Assembly (NCBI GenBank): GCA_034722055.1
Contig: JAYENL010000173.1
Location: forward strand, 2,532-66,531
Source of the DNA: Armatimonadota bacterium
GTDB taxonomy: Bacteria; Armatimonadota; Zipacnadia; Zipacnadales; UBA5352
Direction: 5' to 3'
Length of the DNA: 64,000 nt
Shown: positions 20,441 through 28,654 of the stretch, piece after piece
Position numbering within the stretch: the stretch's first letter is position 1
Layout of the letters: each line of letters begins with the position of its first letter
Made by a program: the position numbers and the translations under genes
Notes under the pieces: model-generated
Databases searched by the model: none
Told to the model about the DNA's origin: nothing
What the model saw: the letters and a program-made list of their open reading frames with translations, nothing else

Positions 20441-23400
20441 ATGCGTATCTGCACTCGTTCCCTGCCGATCCTCGCCGCACTGATCGTCGCCGCATCCGCC
20501 GCCCTCGCCGACGGGATGTTCATGCCGAAGGACGCGTACCGGCGCCTCTATGGGGGCCAGGGCGCGGTCTCCACCGAGCAGAAGGGCATCATCATCGAGC
20601 TTGACGACGGCCGCGAGGCCCTGTTGCTGCAGACCACTTACCAGGGCCCCGCCGACGAGTTCGCCTGGATCGTTCCCGTCCCCGGCGAGCCCGGGGAGCA
20701 GGACGTCTTCATCGCCTCCTCGCAGTTCATCAGTCAGCTTCTGGAGACGACCGCGCCGGAGGTCGAGACCCACATCGAGACGCCCCGACGCCCGAAGATG
20801 GGCCTGACAGAGGAGCCGATGATGGAGGCCGAGGGCCCAATGGGAGGCGCGCTGCCGCCCACCGTCACCGTCCACCGCCGCATGGAGGTGGGCGATTACG
20901 ACGTCTCGGTGCTCAGCGCCACCGGCCCGCACGTGCTCATCGACTGGCTCAACGAGCACGGCTACGCCACCCCTACCCAGCACGTGGACGTCATCGACCA
21001 CTACGTCGAGAAGCGCTGGTACTTCGTGGCCCTGCGGGTGCTGCCGGGGGTGGTCGAGGAGAGGCCGGTCCTCGACGACGTCAAGCCCATCGGTATCCGC
21101 TTCGAGACCGATGAGCTGGTGTATCCTCTCTACATCTCCCGCGCCAGCTCCCCGCAGAAGACTGCACTGACGCTGGTGGCCCTGACGCGCGAGTCGGTGG
21201 AGTGCTCGGAGCTGATCCGGGCGCGCCTGCCGATCGGGGAGGCGCTTGAGGACACCTCCTATGCCATCCTGCGCCGGGCCGCCGTGGAGCGGGCGCCCGG
21301 CCCGGCTGCCGTCCTGGAGTACGCCGGCTACAGAGGGACGCACAGCGACACCCCGCATGTTGCGGAGCAGTGGCCCCAGCCGGGCCAGCCCGATTTCAGG
21401 AGGTTGTGGGCAACGCGTCTGTGGACGGTGCTGGGCGTCGAGGAGATGGTGGACCTGACCTTCGAGCCCGCCGACGCCGTCGGCGACCGCGTGGTGGTTG
21501 AGCGCCGCGGGCGGCTGCCGACCTCCGTCCTGGAGCCGCTCAAAGCATTGCGCGTGCCCGCGTGGCTCGTGGCGGGAGTGTTGGTCATCGCACTGGCAGC
21601 CATCCGAACGTGGCGAACGGACGCGCCCCGGGAGGTCCTGGCCGCCGGACTGGTAGTGGGGACTGTGGGGCTCTTCGCGCCCCTTCTGCCGATGGCTGTC
21701 ACCAGCATCGTGCTCGTGGTCATATGCGTTGTCATCGCTGCCCTGGTGGCGCAGGCGGCCGCGGGCGCGTCTTCCCGCGACAGCGGACGGGCGCCTGCCA
21801 GGCCCTGGGGCGCCATGCTGCGCTGGGCCCTGCTGACGGCCGGATGGGTGGGGATCGTGGGGGTGGCCGTCGGCGGGGGGCGCTTCGACATCCGTCACGG
21901 ACATCTCATGGGGGTTGCTGTGCAGGGGATCTGGCAGATCCTGTGGCTGCTGTTGGCCGTGTTGGAGATGTTCCGGATGGCCCGCGGTTGGCCGCTGACG
22001 ACCCGGGTCGGCGCGGGCCTGGGAGCCCTGGGACTGGGCACGCTGACGACGGTCCTCGCCGTGGCGAACAGCCCTGGCAGTTTCAACATAGTGCTTCTCG
22101 GACTCTACCTGTTGTGCAGCGCCGGTGCGGCCGGACTTGTGTTGCTTGTCCTGGGCTCGCTGCGCGAGACCGCCCGCGGCCACCGAGCCGCGCGCGTTTT
22201 CGCGGTGGCAGTCCTCATTCTGGGTGCCGTCTCCATCCTCGGACAGCTCCGGATGCGGCAGGCCTACGGCGGCCTCGTGATGGAACGGCACACCGGTCTT
22301 ACTGAGCTCGACAGGGCCCTCACAGAGCTTGATGGCGCGCTGCTGTCATTCCTCGAGGACACCGGCTCCTACCCGGCGTCACTGGAGGACCTGACGTCGA
22401 AGGCCCCGCCGGAGGAGGGCCTGGACTCCAGCGGCAACCGCGTGCAGGTCCGCGGCGACTATGGGGGCCCCTACCTGCCGCAGCTCCCCGAGAACCCGCT
22501 CACCGGCACTCGCCAGGCGTGGGTCTACGAGGTCACCGGCGCGCCCATGATCGATCCGGCGGGGCTGAAGATCACCCTCCGCCGGGAGAGCACGGCGCGG
22601 CGGCCGCCGAGGGCCTCGGCCCGGAGAGCGACTCTGCCGGAGTACCCCTTCGAGCTTGATCTGGGTAGCGTTCGCGAGGGGCTCACTGATCCCCCGGAGG
22701 GCCAGCTCCTGCGCGTCCCGCCGGGGGAAGGGATCGTATTCCTCGCCCGTCCGCGCCAGCACGAAGCCTATTACGGCCGGGTTGAGACCGGAGTGGCGCC
22801 CCTGGCCGTGAGTGTCTCGCCGGATGGCCGCCGGGTAGCGTTCGCGATGGAGACAGGCCCGGCATCCATCAGGGTGTGCGATCTCCACGCGCGCGCCGAG
22901 GACCCCCAGACCGGCAGGCCGGACAGGGAATTCGGCCGGAACTCTCGGGAGCTGATACCCGGGCTGTGGCCGGTGGCGATTCGCGACATCGCCTGGCATC
23001 CCCGGGAGCAGCGGTGGGCGGTGGTGGTGACAGTCTCGGAGGAGATCCTCGGGAATGAGCAATCCGGCCGCGCGAGCCGCGTCTACATCATCGACGGCGA
23101 AGCACCGCCCCAGCCGGTGCCGGGCAGTGACGGCTGCGTGGACGTGGCGTGGACTGCCGACGGCACCGGGCTCATCGGACTGTTCTCGGAGCTGCCGAGG
23201 TATCCGGGGGACTCGGTTCCCTCGGGCACCGTGGAGCGCATCATTCCGGGCCAGCGCGTCCACGTACTCGCAAGGGACGTGCCGGCCCACCTGTGGCGGG
23301 CCGCCGGCGGGCGGATCGCTGCTGCCACGCGGCAGGGGATGCGGGCCAACGGGGTGATGGCGGGCAACCCGAGAGTGGTAATGATCAGCCCGGAGGGCGC

Positions 23401-24019
23401 GTACACGGAGGTAGCGCCGCCGCGTGTCCGCATGGTCGTGGACGACCTTCTCATCGAGGATGGCCGGGTCTGCGTCGCCTGGGGCACCGATGATCCCGAG
23501 GGCCCCGGCCTGGTCACCGTGTACGCCGCCGGCGACCCATCCCCCACGACCATCGGGGCGTACACGCGCGACATCAAGTACGAGCGCGATCCCGGCCGCA
23601 TTCTGATCGTCGGCAGGGATCGCGGGTCGGATGCGTGGGTAGTGGCCCTGGTTTCCGGAAGCAGGCGGTACGCGGACGTCCACAGCCTCTACGCCCTGCG
23701 GCCCGATCAGCCCCCGGAGCGCCTCGTGCTGGGCGGCGCTGACCTCTTCACGGACCGCGAGGCACGGCTTGACTCCGAGGACGTGACCGTCAGCCTGGTC
23801 GGCTGGCTGCCGGGATCAGCGTTCGCGGCCGGAGACCTCTTCCGGGAGTACGATCCCGCCACCGAGACCATCTTCCACAGCCGACCGCTGCTCATCCACC
23901 GGATTGACTTCGTACGCGGTGGCGAGATCGCCTTTGATAATCGGCGCATCAGCTTCGAAGCGGGGCAGCCCGTGCTGGGCCGCACCGAGTTCTTCCTCAA
24001 GTTCCGGCGCGTGGACTGA
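20441..24019 (+). CDS. Large multidomain membrane protein: signal peptide, DUF2330-like N-domain, ~10 TM helices, a GspG-pseudopilin-like domain, and a C-terminal beta-propeller-like region.
   Basis: SD GGGGGA precedes the ATG at 20441 (MRICTRSLPILAALIVAASAALA). A hydrophobic block spans roughly residues 390-650. The segment LSFLEDTGSYPASLEDL...GGPYLPQLPENPLTG resembles the T2SS GspG C-domain. Length is 1193 aa. Confidence 0.6.
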   Translation: MRICTRSLPILAALIVAASAALADGMFMPKDAYRRLYGGQGAVSTEQKGIIIELDDGREALLLQTTYQGPADEFAWIVPVPGEPGEQDVFIASSQFISQLLETTAPEVETHIETPRRPKMGLTEEPMMEAEGPMGGALPPTVTVHRRMEVGDYDVSVLSATGPHVLIDWLNEHGYATPTQHVDVIDHYVEKRWYFVALRVLPGVVEERPVLDDVKPIGIRFETDELVYPLYISRASSPQKTALTLVALTRESVECSELIRARLPIGEALEDTSYAILRRAAVERAPGPAAVLEYAGYRGTHSDTPHVAEQWPQPGQPDFRRLWATRLWTVLGVEEMVDLTFEPADAVGDRVVVERRGRLPTSVLEPLKALRVPAWLVAGVLVIALAAIRTWRTDAPREVLAAGLVVGTVGLFAPLLPMAVTSIVLVVICVVIAALVAQAAAGASSRDSGRAPARPWGAMLRWALLTAGWVGIVGVAVGGGRFDIRHGHLMGVAVQGIWQILWLLLAVLEMFRMARGWPLTTRVGAGLGALGLGTLTTVLAVANSPGSFNIVLLGLYLLCSAGAAGLVLLVLGSLRETARGHRAARVFAVAVLILGAVSILGQLRMRQAYGGLVMERHTGLTELDRALTELDGALLSFLEDTGSYPASLEDLTSKAPPEEGLDSSGNRVQVRGDYGGPYLPQLPENPLTGTRQAWVYEVTGAPMIDPAGLKITLRRESTARRPPRASARRATLPEYPFELDLGSVREGLTDPPEGQLLRVPPGEGIVFLARPRQHEAYYGRVETGVAPLAVSVSPDGRRVAFAMETGPASIRVCDLHARAEDPQTGRPDREFGRNSRELIPGLWPVAIRDIAWHPREQRWAVVVTVSEEILGNEQSGRASRVYIIDGEAPPQPVPGSDGCVDVAWTADGTGLIGLFSELPRYPGDSVPSGTVERIIPGQRVHVLARDVPAHLWRAAGGRIAAATRQGMRANGVMAGNPRVVMISPEGAYTEVAPPRVRMVVDDLLIEDGRVCVAWGTDDPEGPGLVTVYAAGDPSPTTIGAYTRDIKYERDPGRILIVGRDRGSDAWVVALVSGSRRYADVHSLYALRPDQPPERLVLGGADLFTDREARLDSEDVTVSLVGWLPGSAFAAGDLFREYDPATETIFHSRPLLIHRIDFVRGGEIAFDNRRISFEAGQPVLGRTEFFLKFRRVD

Positions 24020-24326
24020 CGGCGGAGGCGAAGGCCTCTCGACGGGCGAAGTGGCTCCCATGCAACGGCCGCAGGCTGAAAGCCTGCCCCACGAGAAGCC
24101 GACGGGAGTGCCGGTCATGCGCCGAATCGCCATCATTGCGCTTGTTCTGATCGCCGCGTGTGCCGGCGCGACTGCAGCGCAGCCGCGGGGCCAACTGACC
24201 TGGAGATCGAGCCTCAGCGCTACAGGCTGATCGTGTTCGGCGAGCGCATCCCGATCCCCGAGAGCCCGCGTATCGACTGATGCCTTCCCCCGCCTCACGG
24301 AGGACCTGGCGGCGGATGAGACGAAC

Positions 24327-25079
24327 ATGGGGGCGGACTGCCAGAGGCTCGGAATGGAGGATGCTCCGGTGGCGGGGTCACTGAAGACGGTATTACGCGG
24401 CGCGTTCAGTTGGGTGCCATTTCCCGTCCTCAGGGGCCCTCTGCGGGGCTTCCTGTGGGTGCTCGGCAGCGGCGGGAAGCGCGGGCGCATCATCATGTCC
24501 ACCTACGAGCCGGCCTCCTCGGAGTGCCTCCGGCAGCTCATCAGGCCCGGCGATACCGTCTTTGACATCGGAGCACACGTGGGCTACTACACGCTGCTGG
24601 CCTCAACGGCGGCCGAGCCGGAGGGGACGGTGGTGGCCTTCGAGCCCGAGCCGCAGAACGTCCACTTCCGCCGCCGGCACATACGCTGGAACCGGCGGCG
24701 CAACGTGCAGGTGGAGGAGCTGGCGCTGGGGGAACGGACCGCCACGGTGCGCTTCCAGCCTCAGGGCAGCGGCACCGGCCACCTGGCCGAGGACGGCGAC
24801 ATCACGGTGCGGATGACCAGCCTCGACGACTACGCGGCCGCAACCGGCTGCGAGCCGGACGTGATGAAGATCGATGTGGAGGGCGCAGAGGCGGCACTGC
24901 TGGAGGGCGCCCGCGAGGTTCTCGCCACCGCGCGTCCGCAGATGCTCCTGTCCACGCACGGCCCACAGGTCGATGAGCGGTGCCGGCGGCTGCTCGACGC
25001 GGCCGGATACGATGTGCAGACGCTGGTGGAGACCGATGCGGGAGGCGGCTCGGAGCTGCTGTGTCTCCCCCGCCCATGA
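24327..25079 (+). CDS. FkbM-family SAM-dependent methyltransferase.
   Basis: The hallmark YEPASSECLRQLIRPGDTVFDIGAHVGYYT is present. The start is ambiguous between 24327 and 24354. Confidence 0.75.
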   Translation: MGADCQRLGMEDAPVAGSLKTVLRGAFSWVPFPVLRGPLRGFLWVLGSGGKRGRIIMSTYEPASSECLRQLIRPGDTVFDIGAHVGYYTLLASTAAEPEGTVVAFEPEPQNVHFRRRHIRWNRRRNVQVEELALGERTATVRFQPQGSGTGHLAEDGDITVRMTSLDDYAAATGCEPDVMKIDVEGAEAALLEGAREVLATARPQMLLSTHGPQVDERCRRLLDAAGYDVQTLVETDAGGGSELLCLPRP

Positions 25080-25113
25080 CTCGACCGCATCCTGTCTGCA
25101 GGAAGTGAGCGCT

Positions 25114-26139
25114 GTGTTCTACGTCGAGGCCTCAGGCAGCCCGTACGAGATCGGCAGGCAGCTCGGCGAGGCCACCAAGCTGGCGATCGCCAACAGCCTC
25201 GACATGCTGGCGGCTCGCTTCCGGCACACCGACGAGGCCTGGTTCCGCGAGATGCGCGACCGGCACATGGCCTACACGGAGCGACGCGCGCCGGAGCTGG
25301 TCGAGGAGGCTCAGGGAATCGCCGACGGCTCGGGCGTTGACTTCCGCTGGATCTACCTGGCCAGCTTCTACGCCTCCATGCGGCGGGGGCTGGAGGGCTG
25401 CTCGAATCTCATCTTCACAGACACTCCGGATGGTCCCATCCTCGCCCGCACCTGCGACCTGCCGGCGCGGGAGGGGAAGCACGCCGGGCTGGCGCTGGTG
25501 CGGCCCGATGGCGGCATGGCGGTGCTGGCCTCCTACTGGCCGGGGACCACCTGGCGGGGCAGCGGCATCAACGAGGCCGGCCTGGCCGTGGGCGGCTCGA
25601 GCTGTGGGGCGAACGTCCCCATGCCCGAGGAGTGTATGAACCCCCACGCCCTGCCCACCGTGGTCCTCGCCCGAGCCGAGAGCGTGTCAGAGGCGATCGC
25701 GCTGCTCAGCGAGATGCCGGCCATGCCCTGGGGCGCCAACCACGCCCTGGTCGATGCCGGCGGGGACGCCGCCATCGTGGAGAAGGCCGGGGCCCACCAG
25801 GCCGCGCGCCGGGCCGAGGACGGGCGCCTGTGGTGCACCAACCACTCGATCACGGAGGAGCTGTTGCGCTTCGTCATCGACGATGAGGAGAAGCTGCGGG
25901 AGTCCCGCCAGCGCTTTGACGCCATCGACCGCCTCAGCGCACGCGGACAGCCGGGCGTGGAGCTGGCCCGGGAGGTGCTGTCGTACACGGAGCAGCCCGG
26001 GGCGATCTGCCGATATGCCGACGACGACCCGCGCGGCAATCAGACCGAGTGGGCGTTCATCGCGAGGCCGGCCGCCGGCGAGCTGGAGGCCTGCTTCAGC
26101 CACCCCGACCGCGACCCGTGGCGTACCTTCACGCTGTAA
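25114..26139 (+). CDS. Peptidase C45 family (acyl-CoA:6-aminopenicillanic-acid acyltransferase-like) protein.
   Basis: GTG start with GGAAGTGAG upstream. The N-terminal VFYVEASGSPYEIGRQLGE is typical of the C45 family. Length is 341 aa. The longer upstream ORF (24874) overlaps FkbM and is not credible. Confidence 0.7.
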   Translation: MFYVEASGSPYEIGRQLGEATKLAIANSLDMLAARFRHTDEAWFREMRDRHMAYTERRAPELVEEAQGIADGSGVDFRWIYLASFYASMRRGLEGCSNLIFTDTPDGPILARTCDLPAREGKHAGLALVRPDGGMAVLASYWPGTTWRGSGINEAGLAVGGSSCGANVPMPEECMNPHALPTVVLARAESVSEAIALLSEMPAMPWGANHALVDAGGDAAIVEKAGAHQAARRAEDGRLWCTNHSITEELLRFVIDDEEKLRESRQRFDAIDRLSARGQPGVELAREVLSYTEQPGAICRYADDDPRGNQTEWAFIARPAAGELEACFSHPDRDPWRTFTL

Positions 26140-26142
26140 CGA

Positions 26143-27063
26143 TCAGCCGGCGGACAGGTCGCCGGACTCGATGCGCCTGACGAGCTGCTCCGTGCCCGCG
26201 TGGTCGTCGCCACGAGCCACCACAACCAGGCCCTGCCACGGCTCGTCGCCGTCAGCGGACTCCACGGTCAGCTCGGCCGGCGACATGTCCACGTAGAGAA
26301 CCTCGTCGCCGGTGGGCACGAAGCCCTTGGCGCGGTAGATCTCGCGCTCGAGCCCCTCAAGCTCCTGTCGGAGCCGCTCGATGTCCACGGGCTCCTCGAA
26401 GGCCACCGAGAAGCGGGCGAAGTTGGGGTCCGGGCCGCTGGCGTACTCGCCCGAGAGCGTCCTGACGTGTGCGGAGGCGAAGATATCCAGGTCCACCCGG
26501 CAGCGGACGGTGCGAATGACGCGCGCCTGAGCGGAGATCTCGCGCACGATCCCCTCGGCGGCGTCCACCTCCTCAGGCTCGAAGAGGTCGGTCTTGTTGA
26601 CCAGCACGATGTCCGCCGCCTCCACCTGGGCGCGGATGTTGGGCAGGGTGTGCACCAGCTTGGGCAGGCTCCCCGGGTCCACGATCGAGACCACCGAGGC
26701 CAGGTCGTAGACCTCATCCAGCCCGGTCTCGGCCAGCATCTGCTCCACGACCATGGGGTTGGCGATGCCGCTGGCCTCCACGACCACGCCACGCACAGGC
26801 TCCTCGGGGGAGTGGAAACGCTCGGGGATGGACTTCAGATGCCCCACGAACTGCGTCACCAGGCACTGGCAGAAGATGCTGCCCCCGGGGATCGCAACGA
26901 CGTCCTCATCCTCGCGCTCCAGCAGCGCCCCATCCAGGTCCAGGGGTGAGAACTCATTCACCAGGTAGACAATGCGCTCACCGGGATGCCGCTCGATGAT
27001 GTGCCGCAGCAGCGTGCTCTTGCCGCTGCCCAGGAAGCCGGTTACAAGGCAGATCGGGATCAT
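26143..27063 (-). CDS. CobW/HypB/UreG-family GTPase (COG0523 zinc metallochaperone).
   Basis: The P-loop GFLGSGKST begins the protein (MIPICLVTGFLGSGKSTLL). SD GGAGGAG. The ATG overlaps the upstream gene's TGA (ATGA), indicating translational coupling. Confidence 0.85.
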   Translation of the reverse strand: MIPICLVTGFLGSGKSTLLRHIIERHPGERIVYLVNEFSPLDLDGALLEREDEDVVAIPGGSIFCQCLVTQFVGHLKSIPERFHSPEEPVRGVVVEASGIANPMVVEQMLAETGLDEVYDLASVVSIVDPGSLPKLVHTLPNIRAQVEAADIVLVNKTDLFEPEEVDAAEGIVREISAQARVIRTVRCRVDLDIFASAHVRTLSGEYASGPDPNFARFSVAFEEPVDIERLRQELEGLEREIYRAKGFVPTGDEVLYVDMSPAELTVESADGDEPWQGLVVVARGDDHAGTEQLVRRIESGDLSAG

Positions 27064-28439
27064 GATCCGCCCTTCTCCTCCATGCGCTCTCTGATCGCCG
27101 AGGTCAGCGTGTCCTCGTCGGGGATGATGGACACGAAGGTGGGCCGGCCGTCGATGCAGATGGTGGGGACGTGCCCGGCGTCGAGGCGGCAGTAGATGCC
27201 CAGACCCTCGCGCCTGGTGATCTTGTGCTCGCGCACCTCCACGCCCTGGCCGATGCGCTTGGCCGCCCTGGTGGCGGCGTCCATCATGTACTGGCACGGC
27301 GCGCAGGTCGAGGAGTCCAGGGTGATGACGTCCAGGATCACCTTCTCCTCGGCCTCGTAGTCCGGGAGCTCGATGTCCTCAAAGGTCTCCTCCTCGGCCT
27401 CCACCACCGTCTGCCGGGCCACCTGCCGCTCGTACTCGTCCACGGCCATCAGCCCCGCCGCCGCCACGTTCGCGGGCGGCGTGTCATACGGCAGGTCGCA
27501 GCCCGGCGCCAGGATATACCCCTCGCTGTCGCCGATGTCAATGCACTCCAGCGCCGCCTGCTTGGCCTGCTGCTCGGTGCCCAGCAGCAGCACCACGGTG
27601 AGCTGGAGGTTGCCGCCGAAGGAGGTGTCATGCGCCCGCGCGATGTCCCGCAGGTACGCAAGGTCCACGTTCTCGTCCACCGAGATGTTGTCGCAGCGGG
27701 TCCGCGCCATGACCTCCAGGTTCCGGGTGGCATCCCCGCAGCAGAACAGGGAGCCCAGCGAGCCGCGCTGGTGGATGTGATCGAACAGCTCGTTGGCGGG
27801 CTCGGCCACGAACTGCTGGAAGTGCTCCGGGGAGATCTGGCTGACCATGGGATCGACGACCGCGATGATGTCCGCGCCATTGTCGATGTAGGCGTCGGCG
27901 GCGCGTTTGCCCACCTCCGCGCAGAAGCTCATCAGCTCCCTGACCCGCTCCTCGGTGTCGAACATCTCCAGGAAGATGTCGTTGCCCAGCAGATGCAGCC
28001 CCAGGGTGAAGGGCCCGCAGATCAGTCCGTAGAGCGCCACCCGGTCACCGATCTCGGCCTTCACGGACCCCAGGGCCTCCATGGTGAGGGGGAAGCGCCC
28101 CGCGTCGGTCGTGAACTCCGGAAGCTCGGACAGCTCCGCGCCTTCGGCGAGTGGGTGACTCACGACGTTGGGCGGCCCGTCCGAGGCCCATCGGAGCTGG
28201 CAGCCGAGGATCTCGGCCTCCACCTGCAGGTCGAAGGTGATGGGCAGCCCGTCCGGCCGATACAGCTCATCGGCCCTCAGCAGCCCCTGCGCGATGAGCT
28301 CGCTCGACTGCAGGTAGTCATCGGCGGGCGCGCCGATGAGGGCGCCGCCGTGGCAGCCCACGAAGGGGATCCACGCCGGCCGCGGCGTGGCCTCGTTCCG
28401 GAACGCCTGGAGCAGTATCTCCTTGCCGGTCATTTCCAT
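27060..28439 (-). CDS. URO-D-family (MtaA/CmuA-like) methylcobamide methyltransferase with a C-terminal thioredoxin-like (Thioredoxin_3/MTH895-type) domain.
   Basis: The N-terminus MEMTGKEILLQAF is MtaA-like, with start ATG at 28439 (or 28433). The Zn-site-region motifs are LFCCGDAT and LAPGCDLPYDTP. The C-terminal ~90 aa carry TCAPCQ...VPTICIDGRPTF, matching small Trx-fold proteins. Confidence 0.8.
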   Translation of the reverse strand: MEMTGKEILLQAFRNEATPRPAWIPFVGCHGGALIGAPADDYLQSSELIAQGLLRADELYRPDGLPITFDLQVEAEILGCQLRWASDGPPNVVSHPLAEGAELSELPEFTTDAGRFPLTMEALGSVKAEIGDRVALYGLICGPFTLGLHLLGNDIFLEMFDTEERVRELMSFCAEVGKRAADAYIDNGADIIAVVDPMVSQISPEHFQQFVAEPANELFDHIHQRGSLGSLFCCGDATRNLEVMARTRCDNISVDENVDLAYLRDIARAHDTSFGGNLQLTVVLLLGTEQQAKQAALECIDIGDSEGYILAPGCDLPYDTPPANVAAAGLMAVDEYERQVARQTVVEAEEETFEDIELPDYEAEEKVILDVITLDSSTCAPCQYMMDAATRAAKRIGQGVEVREHKITRREGLGIYCRLDAGHVPTICIDGRPTFVSIIPDEDTLTSAIRERMEEKGGS

Positions 28440-28654
28440 CAGCCGCTGTCCCTTGAGAATCTGGGGGGCAGGCGCCCCCGCCCGCCCTCGAACACGGTCA
28501 ATACGCGCCACCGGCTCCTGTTCGTCCGGTCAGTAAGGAGGCACTCGAACTGCCGCCCTTTGAGCGCTGCAACGCCGGTTCGAGCGGGCTCAGTTCCGAA
28601 TCTGAGCGTGGTTTGCCCGTGTGAGCTGAGAATCCTCCCTGACAAGCGGATGCC

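Noticed and set aside
24874-25113. An N-terminal extension of the C45 ORF (track start 24874) overlapping the FkbM gene by ~200 nt.
   Set aside because: The extension encodes Arg/Cys-rich nonsense. A GTG start with an SD-like GGAAGTGAG lies at 25114, right after the FkbM stop, and gives the family-typical N-terminus.
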